A DNA stretch of 64,000 bases, taken from contig CBDBCZ010000009.1 of assembly GCA_965203295.1 (NCBI GenBank), forward strand, positions 224,001-288,000. The letters are read 5' to 3'. The first letter of the stretch is position 1. The number at the start of each line of letters is the position of its first letter. Below the pieces are notes generated by a model. The model worked only from the letters and a program-made list of their open reading frames with translations, was not told the DNA's origin and searched no databases. Position numbers and translations under genes: made by a program. Positions 37,083 to 48,480 of the stretch are shown here, piece by piece. The stretch comes from Nitrospirales bacterium (lineage in GTDB: Bacteria > Nitrospirota > Nitrospiria > Nitrospirales > UBA8639).

Positions 37083-38536
37083 CATCGGAGGCTCGGTCGG
37101 AGGCTCGGGCGGAGATGCCCCGCCCTCAGATGGAGGCTCGGGCGGAGATGCCCCTCCCTCAGATGGGGGCTCAAGCTGCAAAGATTCTCCCTCAGATGGG
37201 GAACCCCCATCGGGAGATGGGGTATGTCGCTCCGACTCATCGTACTGGATGCCTGGCCCGTCGGATGATGAGGCGTCGAGCTGTGAATCATCCATCATCC
37301 CTGGACCATCGAAATCTGGGTCTTGTTCAAAGAGGGTTGATCCTCCTTGTGGTGATGAAAGGGGGGGTTGTGGAGATGGTGTCCCTTCAAAATACGGTCG
37401 GGGGTCCCCTTCTATCCTTGTCGCCAGGATGGAGTTCAGCGTCTTAAGAGAAAAAAATACGGTCAAGTTTAGGTGGATCGTACATGAAATTACCGCCATA
37501 TGCACTTTTTAACTGATATGTCTTGTGCACACTCCTTGTATAATGTATTATCATCCTACATCTTGGCTAACCGGGTACATTATTGCTGAACATACTTCTA
37601 GGGTTTCTTCTGGTCTTCATTGGAGGACAGTTGCTGATTAGTTCTATCAGCCATCTCAATCAGTTTTCCACCAAAGAGTTCTTGGAAACGTTCCATATCT
37701 GCAGGTTAAAGGGTAATCATGTACACACTAGAAATTGTAAGCTATTTTACTACCTTCAGTAGCTTGCTTCCTGCTGAATTATAGGCTCGCTAAATTAACT
37801 GGACCGGTTGAAACTTGCCTAAGGGTAAAAATACGCAGTAAGCTAATTTGCAACGAGCCCCACCCATTTAACTCCGCCCACTTACAGTAGCTCGCTTTAA
37901 AAGCTTTAATAAAAACTAAACATTTGCACTGGGCCCATAAAAGCCTACAGTAAACCCATAACACTGAAACTTTTCTTCAAAAAAAAGGCTTGTGGCGATT
38001 GCCAATCACTTCGCTACATATATACAGCAAAAATCCACCAGTGTAACATGTTATGCTAAGCTTTCTACGAATTTTAAGGCTTGCCTTCACCCGATCTGCA
38101 TGCGTGCGCAAAGGTTAGTGCGCTATATAGCAGCGGTGTGGTGGTATACTCACCTTGTCTTGCTAAAGCTTTTCAAATCGTGCACGTGCACAGTTTGAAT
38201 TTCATGTGAGCAATTTGAATTTCACGTGGTCGGTCAGTGGGTGCGCTAATAGAAGGCGGAGCCGAATAGAGAAGAGCGAGGTAGGGTGCCAAGCTATTGC
38301 TTTCTTTTAAACATATAGATAACTATACTGTATCACACGAGCGGCTCTTTCATTAATCCCTTTTATGCTTCCATGCCTGAGCGCCTATGTCATTATGTTG
38401 CTTGAAATAAAATGTGACGCGTTACGAAGGCATATCTATATTATGACACATTACAACACAGTGACATATATATATATACAAGGTTACATATCATGACAAA
38501 TTACAATAGCATAAAGACAGAATACAATGGCACATG

Positions 38537-38708
38537 CATTGGAACCCCTCTTAATGGACACCCCTAAAATAAGGACACCGCTGCCTGTATTAAGAATGCC
38601 TTGCTGTGTCCCAAACATGCATACAAATTTACCCCGAAGTGAGGACACCCCTCTATGCAGGACACTTTACCAGGACCTCAAGATGTCTACATTAGAGGGG
38701 TTCCACTA
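38537..38708. mobile_element. Short pogo/Tigger-type MITE
   Basis: TIR TGGAACCCCTCT / AGAGGGGTTCCA with internal GGACAC repeats. Confidence 0.65.
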
Positions 38709-38996
38709 CACTACATGGCAACATTATTTCATTACACTACAATACACTATACTACAAAGTTCCTACACTAGGAAAAGTTCAGTTGTTGATTATTTATAAT
38801 CTAAAATTCACTTGTTGATAATATTTATAATCTGCAGGGAATGGAATTATAATTACCTATCAAATAATACACAATCTCTGTGAACTTACCACTTGCAGCG
38901 TCCCCTTCATTTCCCCCTGCCTCCTCTTCCCCTCCCCCACCACCTCTCCCCCCTCCTCCAACTCCCCCACCACCTCCAACTCCCCCTCCTCCAACA

Positions 38997-39575
38997 GTGT
39001 ATAAGTGAGCAGTTCAATTTTGCGACCGGCTTTTGACAGCAACTATGTCAGAGAAATGCAGCCATGTGTGTGCATTTAATGCCAATATTTCCATCATAAT
39101 CACACAAAGGAGCAGTATGTCACAATGTTGTACTTATGTCCAACAAAGCATGCAACTCCTCATTTGAACAATAGATTACATGTAATGCTACGTTGAGGAC
39201 TGGGAGTGGAAGCAACACTACGCAGATCTGATAGCTCCTCCACAGACATGATAGACCCTGATATGGCGGAAACTGGAGGACAGAATGGTGGTAACATAGC
39301 ACCTAAAACGAGCCAAGAAAAAAAAGATGTTAAACTTAACCCCATAGTATAAACACGCACACTAACCAAACACACATCAGAACCAGTTGCCAGTGGTGCG
39401 TGCTCATCAGGTGGGGTTGATGCAGTGCTGCGAAGGTCCAACGATCCCACTGAAGTGGTGGCAGGTACTAATGAGGCGGAAACCTGGAGAAAAAAAAAAA
39501 GACTGAAAGTAGAGGTGGAATGTATTCAGAACAGCAAGCTGTATGTCTGATCTTGCAGCCACATATGCCACTTTC
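38997..39575. repeat. Dispersed ~0.6-kb repeat, other copies at ~40955-41340 and ~50715-51348
   Basis: Near-identical text (e.g. GAACCAGTTGCCAGTGGTGCGTGCTCATCAGGTGGGGTTGATG) in three places. Confidence 0.9.
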
Positions 39576-39639
39576 TGAAGTATAAAGTTTAACAAGTTTT
39601 TAACATTGTAAACTGAAGACGGCTATGAGAGTAATCAGT

Positions 39640-39880
39640 GCCTACACCGATTTAATTTATCAATGGCCTTCACGTATCGGCCTTCCCAGTCGTCTTCAGA
39701 CTGCCCCTGTTTGAGGGGGAAATGGAGGTACATTAACTGTAGGATTAAGTTGTTCTTTTCCACGCTATCCGTAACAGTTACATCTCCTCTCATCCTCTGA
39801 AAAAACAGCCTTAATTGACAGGTTTTTGCAGGGGAATTATTCCTGGAATTAGCATTCCGCTTTATTACAAGGATTTCTGC
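39640..39880 (-). pseudogene. BEN-like domain fragment, paralogous to 26930-27075
   Basis: AEILVIKRNANSR..VFSEDERRCNCYG*RGKEQLNP..FPLKQGQSEDDWEGRYVKAIDKLNR. Confidence 0.55.
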
Positions 39881-40103
39881 ACCTGTGATCTCAAGTCATC
39901 AAAATTGAAGAGCACCTCTGTAAGTTCTACAGAGATCTTTGCACCGAAACTGGCAATCTACGGCATGAACTTGTGTGTCTGTCACCTAAGCTTGGAGTTC
40001 ATCTTTGCCCTTCAGATTACCCAACCAACATTCTAAGGAAAATGTGAACAGGACATGGCTTCAGAGTATTGGCCATTTTACCACTGGAAACAGCAACCTT
40101 TGG

Positions 40104-40569
40104 CAGCATCAGGATGCCTGCAGGAGAGGCATGGTGGAGAGATCTGCGATTGCAGAACATGCTTGGGAGAACCAGCATCCCATCAAATGGGAGGAGACTG
40201 AGATCGTCGACCAGGCCAGGAGACCGAAGGAACTGCTACTGAAGGAGGCTCTCCACATCCAGATGACGCCTGCTGAAGAGCGGTTCAACCGTGACGCAGG
40301 GCTGGAGCTCCCCGGCTGCTGGACGGCGACCCTGAGGAGATTGCAGGGCGGGGCTGGTTCAGGACGACCCCTGACCTCCCGGGACATCCGGTGACGTGTT
40401 TTGATGGATTTTTGATGTGTGCGGCTAATAAATAGCAGGTGTTAGCGTCTAACTTCACTTTCGCCCTGAAGAAGACTAGAGCATCTAGTCGAAACGTCGG
40501 CAAAGTTTCTTTCCGAGTTAGTTGGTATTCAGAGAACTTTCCTTTAGTATTCAGAGAACTTTCCTTTAG
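40104..40569 (+). mobile_element. Penelope-like element 3' fragment (GIY-YIG endonuclease C-terminus + pLTR)
   Basis: H..SAIAEHAWENQHPIKWEETEIVDQ..LLKEALHI..FNRDAGLEL; hammerhead downstream; 22-bp terminal tandem duplication. Confidence 0.9.
40458..40505 (+). ncRNA. Minimal type I hammerhead ribozyme (Penelope-associated)
   Basis: GCC-CUGAAGA-A-GACUAG/CUAGUC-GAAAC-GUC-GGC: intact core, 6-bp stem II, stem I GCC/GGC, palindromic ACGU stem III. Confidence 0.85.
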
Positions 40570-42189
40570 AAGTAAAAAGCATTGTAATTAACATTGTGGT
40601 ACATTGGGGGGGGGGGGGGGGGGAAGGGGAGTTTGTGTGATAACAGATGTATACATAACGATGAGTAGTATAATATTCACAATATGTGCGGCAGTGCTGG
40701 GTTGACCGGCTCGCTCCAATAAAGAGTTTCATAAGAAATATGATATAGATACGAGTCTAACTGCACTCCAAAGTGTAGCGGCTTAGGGTGAGAAGAGATG
40801 TGAGTGAGCATTGATACGGGTAAATAGAGAAACAATTGTATATTGCTAGGGTACATACATTTAAGTTGAGTCAGGTGCTCAAATAATGCTGGAAAAATTG
40901 TTACGCCAAAAGTTTTATGGAGTTTTATTTAACTTCTCAACAAACAGGTACGCGCTCACCAACTGAGGACTGGGGGTGGAAGTAGCGCTACGCAGATCTG
41001 ATAGCTCCTCCACAGATATGACAGACCTTAATATGGCGGAAACTGGAGGACAGAATGGTGGTAACTTAGCACCTAAAACGAGCCAAGAAAAACAGGATGT
41101 TAAACTTAACCCCATAGTATAAACACACACTAACCAAACACACATCAGAACCAGTTGCCAGTGGTGCGTGCTCATCAGGTGGGGTTGATGCAGTGCTGCG
41201 AAGGTCCAATGATCCCACTGAAGTGGTGGGGGGTACTGATGAGGCGGAAACCTGGAGAAATAGAAAGACTGAAAGTAGAGGTGGAATGTATTCAGAACAG
41301 CAAGCTGTACGTCTGATCTTACAGCCACATATGCTAATTTTTTTTGCCTTGCTTGTCTGATGGCAAGGTGAAACTGCCCTGGACAACCAAACTTGTACTT
41401 TAACCCCAAAATCTTTTTTGTACGATACTTCACAAGCCTGCAGTTCAAAGTTGAACCCTTAGCACCAACAGGAGTACTGGCACCAGTAAGCCATCTCCTA
41501 AGCATTACTATGGTACTGAACTTCGAAGGCATATCCTTTAACGTGAACTGCAAGTGTACAGCTAGGTTTAAGAATGCACAATTGCAACAGTTTGCACTAC
41601 TATTGGAAGGCCATGGCTGTTAAATAGTCAGTCAACATGTGCATTAAACAAATTTGCGGTACCGTTTATTTCATTTGACCCAAACAAATTACCAAACCAT
41701 TTTCGAGGTGCACCAGCAAACTGAGCTTTACACGTACGTAATTCAAGTTTCCCAGAGGCAGCCACAAATACTACTACTACAACTACTATACTAAAACACA
41801 CCACTCACCCATCCAGCAGTGCAGTCCTTGACGGCGTTTGGAGTTGGGATGGGAATAGCAGAGTAGGCGATGCATTCTCCAACAGCTGCCGGGCTGTGGA
41901 CGAGTGTACAGGTGGAATGGATGGTGCTTCAGCATCCTGGGGATGTATTGCATATGCGAAAAGCGCTTATATAACACACTACGCATGACTTCAGATAGTT
42001 TTATACTTACCTGTCTTCGTCCAAGAGTACTCGCAGTGGTGCTGCTTCGAGGTATTCTTAAAGTGTTTCCCATAACGAGATGTTGCCGTCACACTGAGCT
42101 TTTGCTGCACTAGCATCGCTTTTTAAAACGACTGCGCCATGTGTTCGCCGCTTCTGCAGATACTGGATCCAGCTGCCTAAGGAATGTTA

Positions 42190-42910
42190 TTGGGGCGAGC
42201 CTGAGCGAGCCCCAAACTTAGCGACTTGGCTGCGCATAATCTGTCTGTATTATTATTATTATTATTATCGTGGTACGTACGTCTTGCCGAATATATGCAA
42301 ATTCTAAACTATGCACAATGTTCTATATTTGCGCCCTTGGTATAAATTTCTTTAACCACGTGCACGTGCGTATACGAGGCTTCAGTGACAGCGTGAACGG
42401 GAGAGGAACCGCTGTGTTTTGCAAACCAACAGAATGTAAGGTTTGTTAGAAGACCGGCATTGTTAGCTAGCTAATTAGCATATCAGTAGCTATTAGACAT
42501 GGGCAATATGACCTGTCATCAATCTGCCCCAGGATATTACCTCTTTTGTCGCTAGCTTGCCATGACTGCCCAGCGAGCTTGATATCATAATTAAAAGACA
42601 GGAAAGAGCCTTTATTTTTGACTTCCATGCTTGTGAAAAGAGCCATCGTGCTTAATAGTGTTCTATAGGCCTAGTGCTTGCTGGCACTACACTGATGCTC
42701 CTGCTCTACTACAAGAGGACGGACCTCATCACTGAGCAGAGACCATAGAACACACTGACAGGAATGCACTTCAGAGCATTCTCCAAATTTTTCATTCCTC
42801 AAGTTACTCACTCAGTCTGTCACTGCACGGACTCTGAAGAATTTGTACATACTCATTGTCATCACATGCTTCGCGAAGGCTCGCCCCACTATGCCCTGCA
42901 TATCACTAGT
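42190..42910 (+). mobile_element. Helentron/HINE-like non-autonomous element
   Basis: Subterminal IR TGGGGCGAGCCT (42191-42202/42877-42888), 3' hairpin ATGC-CCT-GCAT, ends CTAGT. Confidence 0.75.
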
Positions 42911-43013
42911 TTATATTATGAAACGAGCGCTGCAAGCTCTATGCTCGTGCAGAGCCAACTCGCTAGTGTGGGGCTCACCCCATCAGATGGTTTACACCAG
43001 ACTCGTACTACGA

Positions 43014-43247
43014 ACCCGGGCCTCGGTACTCTGGCAGTCTGCACACCACCTGCCAGGCTGAGCCCTGGCGTCCCACCGAGAGACTGATGCACCATCCTGT
43101 TCCGATGCAGCCCCCTCCCCCCACACCTCCGGCCACGCCCACAATCCCACGCCCCATGCTAGGGCAACACCACCACCATCATCTCGACCCAGTACCCGGG
43201 CCTCGGTACTCTGGCAGTCTGCACACCACCTGCCAGGCTGAGCCCTG
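43014..43247. repeat. ~54-bp direct repeat pair, 180 bp apart
   Basis: ACCCGGGCCTCGGTACTCTGGCAGTCTGCACACCACCTGCCAGGCTGAGCCCTG at 43014 and 43194. Confidence 0.9.
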
Positions 43248-43699
43248 ATGCAACTATGTACATAAGTGCATATGGAAGTGAACACTAAATTAAATCAGCC
43301 AGTACACCAGACGTGATACATACGTATGAACATACTTACATGCTTAAAATCAGTTGATACACCGGGCATGACATGGACACAGCATATGTATGTACGCCTT
43401 TGAAAGTATGTAGATATGTATATATGTACGTTCGTACCTTAAATCATTCAGTACACCAGACATTACATTAACAAAGGATACAGCCATGAAAGTGCGTACA
43501 TACATACAAGTATACCTAAAAAATCAAACATGACCTGAACAACCACAAAAGTGTATGTACAAGGATACTCAAAATCAGTCGATATACCAGACATGACAGG
43601 AATACACGCGCATAGCATATAGCCACATAAGTGATTACACACGTGCATAGTCGGTACACCAGAAATAACATATGAAGTTGCATAATTTCCACCAGTCTG

Positions 43700-44300
43700 T
43701 TTCATTACTTACGACTTTCCTCCTGACGGGATCCAGCTCCGCTGTGCAAGGCTTTATCTCCAAAATAGGACTTCCGTGCCAGTATTAGAGCAAGGCGTCC
43801 AGCTCCGTCAGGATTTCATACGTAGGTCACTGTTTTCAGCAGCTATCAAATCCGGTGTGGTGGGGTTTCGGCTGCACTGTGCAGTAGATGAAACATTGAA
43901 ATCAGTCGTAAGTCCAGACATGGTTGATTGGTTTGGGGTAGTGGATGGGCGTCCAGCAGAAGGTAGACACTCAGTCCGTACTCCAGACATGATGGACCGG
44001 TTAGGGGTAGTGGACGGGCCTGGAGCAATAAGTGGACTATCAGTCGGTATTCCAGATATCACTGAGAGGTTGTAGATGGGCCCGAAGCAGTAGGTACGTG
44101 TGTGGGCAATTGACCTGTCACTAAAGCACTGGCCTCAGTCTGGTTTGGACATGGGAGAATTGGATGGGTCATTGTGTACATGGGCCCTAAAACCAATACC
44201 AGATGGCTTTAGAGCAGAAAGTATCCCATTGGTTTATAGACAAAAGGTGGAATATGCTTTTGCTAAATCAGATACCTTGGTACACGATTGAGCTCCAGTT
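43700..44300 (-). pseudogene. Ser/Thr/Pro-rich region followed by BEN-like domain start
   Basis: ..GPSTTPN.. repeats then GAGRLALILARKSYFGDKALHS, same pattern as AGRMAIHLALHFFFG at ~18540. Confidence 0.5.
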
Positions 44301-45329
44301 GTTAATGGGGCAGCAAAGCCCTCAGCTAGATCTCAAGGTGTTGCCCCAGTCAGTGTTCCAGACATAAGGTGTAAGTAATTTACTTTTGCCCTTAAACAAT
44401 GAAGCTGTAAAAGCGTCAGCAAAGCCCCCAGCAAAATGTCCGGATGTTTGAGGTACATAGATCTCTAGGTGCAAAATTGGATTGTCCAGCTGCTAGAAGT
44501 TGTCTTGATACAACTGCTAATGGGGAGGAGTCTACAGTGGATGTGCTGGTGGGTGGAGCAGGTTGTAATTCCTCATAATTAGACCTGGCAAGATATGAGA
44601 CCAGTCAGTGGAATTAATTTTCTGAGTTACTGGTAACAAGGGTAACCAAATAACTAGTAACTCGGGCATGTAATCCTATCTATATAGTGCCTGGGAAAAG
44701 TATTTGGAAAGCAGGGGTAACTGAAGGCAACTGAAGGTATTAGGTAACTGAAGGTAACTGGAGGTAACTGAATGTTGTTGCTTATACAATAAAATGTACA
44801 ACCTTAAATAACATTAATGACGTGCTGAAAATATTACTAAACAATCGTACTACAACGAAATGTTAGTGTGTTCAAGGCTTACACCCATTGCACACCTATG
44901 TTTGCTGGCGTCTGGCTTCCTTTGTCCTAATCCCTGCATAGAAGCCATGAAACCACTGTAGGCATACATCCCATGCAATCCAAAACAGCCTCTTGTGCTA
45001 TGGATGCCTTAGGAGGGCATGACTCAGCACCATCATCCTTCTGCTCATCTTCCTCTGTTTCGTCTTCTTTGTCTTCAGCATCTTTCATGTTGTCTTCTAT
45101 CTCCTCTAGACTTTCATTTGTATCTCCCAGAGCCATCTCTTTGATACCTGTAATCCAACCGATGATCAAATTTTTAAAAACATTTACAAGACAATCACCA
45201 GTGAATGTAGTGTCCTCAGGGAGGGACGGTATTCACGAGTGAATTATGTCACAGAGGGACAGTATACACTGGTGAATAATGTCTGGGGGAAAATATACAC
45301 TATGACGCTATTCTGTAATGCGCTCAATC

Positions 45330-46210
45330 AAGACTTACTTTCAACAAAGCAGTTGTACAATTGAGGGCGAAAGGCTCCTCTTGGCTGTCTTAGCCCCACC
45401 CCCACATAGATCAACGATTACTTCACCAGATCAAACTTCTTGCTATCACCGCAGGCTTTGTCTATGCCATAGGGAAGGTGCGAGAGTGTGTTCCTTTCCA
45501 TGAAGTAAGCATTGGAGCCCTTGGATCTTCCTTAATGGCAAAGTTTGTTGCCACTAAAGGCACAAATTGAGGAAGAAAGGCTCCTCATACACCTCTTTCA
45601 GGACTTCCAGACAGATAAGGCAGATTGGCTATCTTAGCCCCGCCCCACATAGATCAATAATTACTTAATTCACCAGATCAAACTTCTTGCTATCACCGCA
45701 GGCTTTGTCTATGCCATAGGGAAGGTGCGAGAGTGTGTTTCTTTTCATGAAGTAACGTAAGCATTGGAGTCCTTGGATCTTCCTTAATGGCAAAGTTTGT
45801 TGCCACTAAAGGCACAAATTGAGGAAGAAAGGCTCCTCATACACCTCTTTCAGGACTTCCAGACAGATAAGGCAGATTGGCTATCTTAGCCACGCGCCTG
45901 TATAGATCAATGATTAGTTTCATCAGTTCAAACGTTTTGCTATCACCACAGGCTTTATCAATGCCATAGGGAATGCATGAGAGTGTGTTTCTTTCCATGA
46001 AGTAAGCATTGGAGTCTTCCACATAGAACGAGTCCTTGGCCATCCCGAGTACGCTAAGTCCAGCTTTGATAAAGTAGATTTCCCAGTTTCAGTTGGACCG
46101 ATTGCAGGGACAATGGGGAATCCTCCAAAGAGATGTGCAATCTTGGCATATTGACATGACATGACATTACAGCCCCTCCAAGAAGGAGCAGGGCACTCAT
46201 GCACATACAT
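45330..46210 (-). pseudogene. P-loop (AAA+-like) ATPase/helicase fragment, DUF927/Cch-like; 3' part tandemly triplicated (~250-bp period)
   Basis: Repaired frame: SALLLLGGAVMSCQYAKIAHLFGGFPIVPAIGPTETGKST-IKAGLSVLGMAKDSFYVEDSNAYFMERNTLSCIPYGIDK..IIDLY..VPLVATNF. Confidence 0.6.
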
Positions 46211-47714
46211 AGGGTGTTTGAGACCTGATCTTGAGCAAATTCTTTAGGGTGGGAGTGTTAGCTTGGAGGTGTACAAGAGAAGTACATGTACGTATATTAG
46301 ACGCTAATCATCAAAGCACTACCCAATTGTTGTTGCATGTACGTAGCGTAAATTAAGATAGCTTGATCCAGCACTACGAGCGATCAAAGGGTTGCTGTAT
46401 ACTTGCCTTTATCAAGGTGCCTTGCGGTCCATGATAACTGACTCTACATCAAGAAATTCCTAGGGAGTGTTCCATTACAGGATTGGCTAGGCTTTCATGA
46501 GGAATTGGTAGTTAATGAGATGATAATGACCAGGCATGTGCTTCTTTGTACATTTACAGCAGTGCTCTCTGAATGGTCAAGCCAGGCAATGCTAGAGTGG
46601 ATCACTGGTTTAGGAATCTGCTGCCAGTGTTTCATAAAATAGCAGTACATGCGGAATCATCAGAAAGCAAGCATGGCTTCTTCATGGTTCCTTATTACAG
46701 TCCCACTTTGGGACATAAGCTGGAGGGGGAGGGTAGGGGGATGTGCACTCTCCAACCTTGAAGTAAACCAGTGGACTTCTGGGGGTAGTCAGATAGTGGT
46801 GTTTTACACACTCTAAACATTTATACCGTGCTCTCTGAATTTAGCTTTTCCTATTAGTCACATTAACTACTGCACTACTTCAGTTTCTGTTTTCGGAGAG
46901 TTTCCATTCTCCTCTTCTCTTCTTACTACACCTCTCCTTCATATGTATGGGGTGTTTGAGGCTTAGCCTAGTGCTAGTGATTGCAGAAAGGGAGTAGGTG
47001 AATTCTTTAGGGGAGAAGGATTACCATTGTACAGGTTCCATTGGCTTTTTTTGGGAGAAGCTTACCGCATTTCTGTTTTGAGTCTAATATCAAGAAATTC
47101 CTAGGGAATGTCCCATTACAGGATTGGCTAGGCTTTCATGAGGAATTGGTAGTTAATGAGATGATAATGACCAGGCATGTGTTTCTTTGCTGCATTTACA
47201 GCAGTGTTCTCTGAACGGTCAAGCCAGGCAATCCTAGAGTGGATTACTCCCTGAAGCTGGTTTAGGAGTCTTCTGCCAGTGGTTTGTAGAATAGCAACAT
47301 GCATGTGGAATCATCAGAGGAGCAAACATGGCGTCTCATGGGTCTGTTTTGTAGCCCCACATTGGGACATAAGCTGAGGGCTTTGATGACTAGCACTCTC
47401 CGACCTTGAGATGAACTGGTGGACTTGAGGAGGGAGTCAGATAGTAGTGTTATACACACTAAACGTTGTGCCATGCTTTCTGAACTTTGTTTTTTCCAAT
47501 TAGTCACATTAATTGCCGTACCTTCAGTTTCTGTTTTCGGAGAGTTTCCATTCTTCTCTTCTCACTACTCCTCTCCTTCATATGCATGGGGTGTTTGAGG
47601 CTTGGTCTAGTGCTAGTGATTGCAGAAAGGGAGTAGGTGAATTCTTTGGGGTATTGTTGTACAGGTTCCTTTGGCTTTCTTTGAGGAAGCTCATAACTTC
47701 TCATTAATGTTGCT

Positions 47715-48480
47715 TGCTGCGCTCGCTCTGTACAGATAGAGATTAAAGATGTGATCTGCATGTAATTTGTTGATTTTTAGGGTAAATTTAGCTATCCCGG
47801 CCTGAAGCACGTAGAGCCAGTGCTACGGAGACTACAATCAACTGTAAAACAATATAGGCACGCTAGGACTATAGCCTAGCTCTTCACAGCCATAGCCTAG
47901 CGTCCATGAAAGTGAATGGCACTGAATCCATTTAAAGTAGATCAGCATGGCTACTTGCATGCTCATACTGGTACATAATTAATCACTGTTACAGTAGTAA
48001 GCACGAAAGGTTCAATGTATAAATGTGCACGTGCACACCACATGCCAGCCAGAGGCAGGGACTCAGAGAAGAGACTACAAACAGCTGCTAGACCACACAG
48101 GCAAGCTAGCACTGTAGCCTAGCTTTCATAGGCTGCATGTAGTCGAATTGTACCGACTCCATTTAATGCACATCGACGTGGTTAGCCTAGCATAGCATAG
48201 CAGTTATATCTCTTGGCTTTTACTTACAGGATTATACCGCAACTAACCTTGTGATAAGGTGCCTGACATCGCGAGACTATGTCTTGTAGTCGCTGGAAAG
48301 AGTTAGCTCTTCTCGCACTTAGTATACAGACACGTGGTACTTTGACTTTGACCTGTGACTGTGGTCACGGGTGAAAGTTCATCCAGGAGCGTGCGCATGC
48401 GGCTTCCGTTTCCGTTTTTCACACATACGCACGGACAGACGGACGAACAAACACACAGACACAACCAGGCGTAATAATAG
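47715..48480 (-). mobile_element. Insertion in the array, HINE-like
   Basis: Absent from the paralogous positions (~50170-50225, ~56030-56080); GTCT/GTCC microsatellite-like stretch near one end. Confidence 0.5.

Noticed and set aside
37085..37505. Pro/Ser/acidic repeat ORF abutting the helicase
   Set aside because: Low-complexity fragment of an unidentified insertion; cannot be assigned
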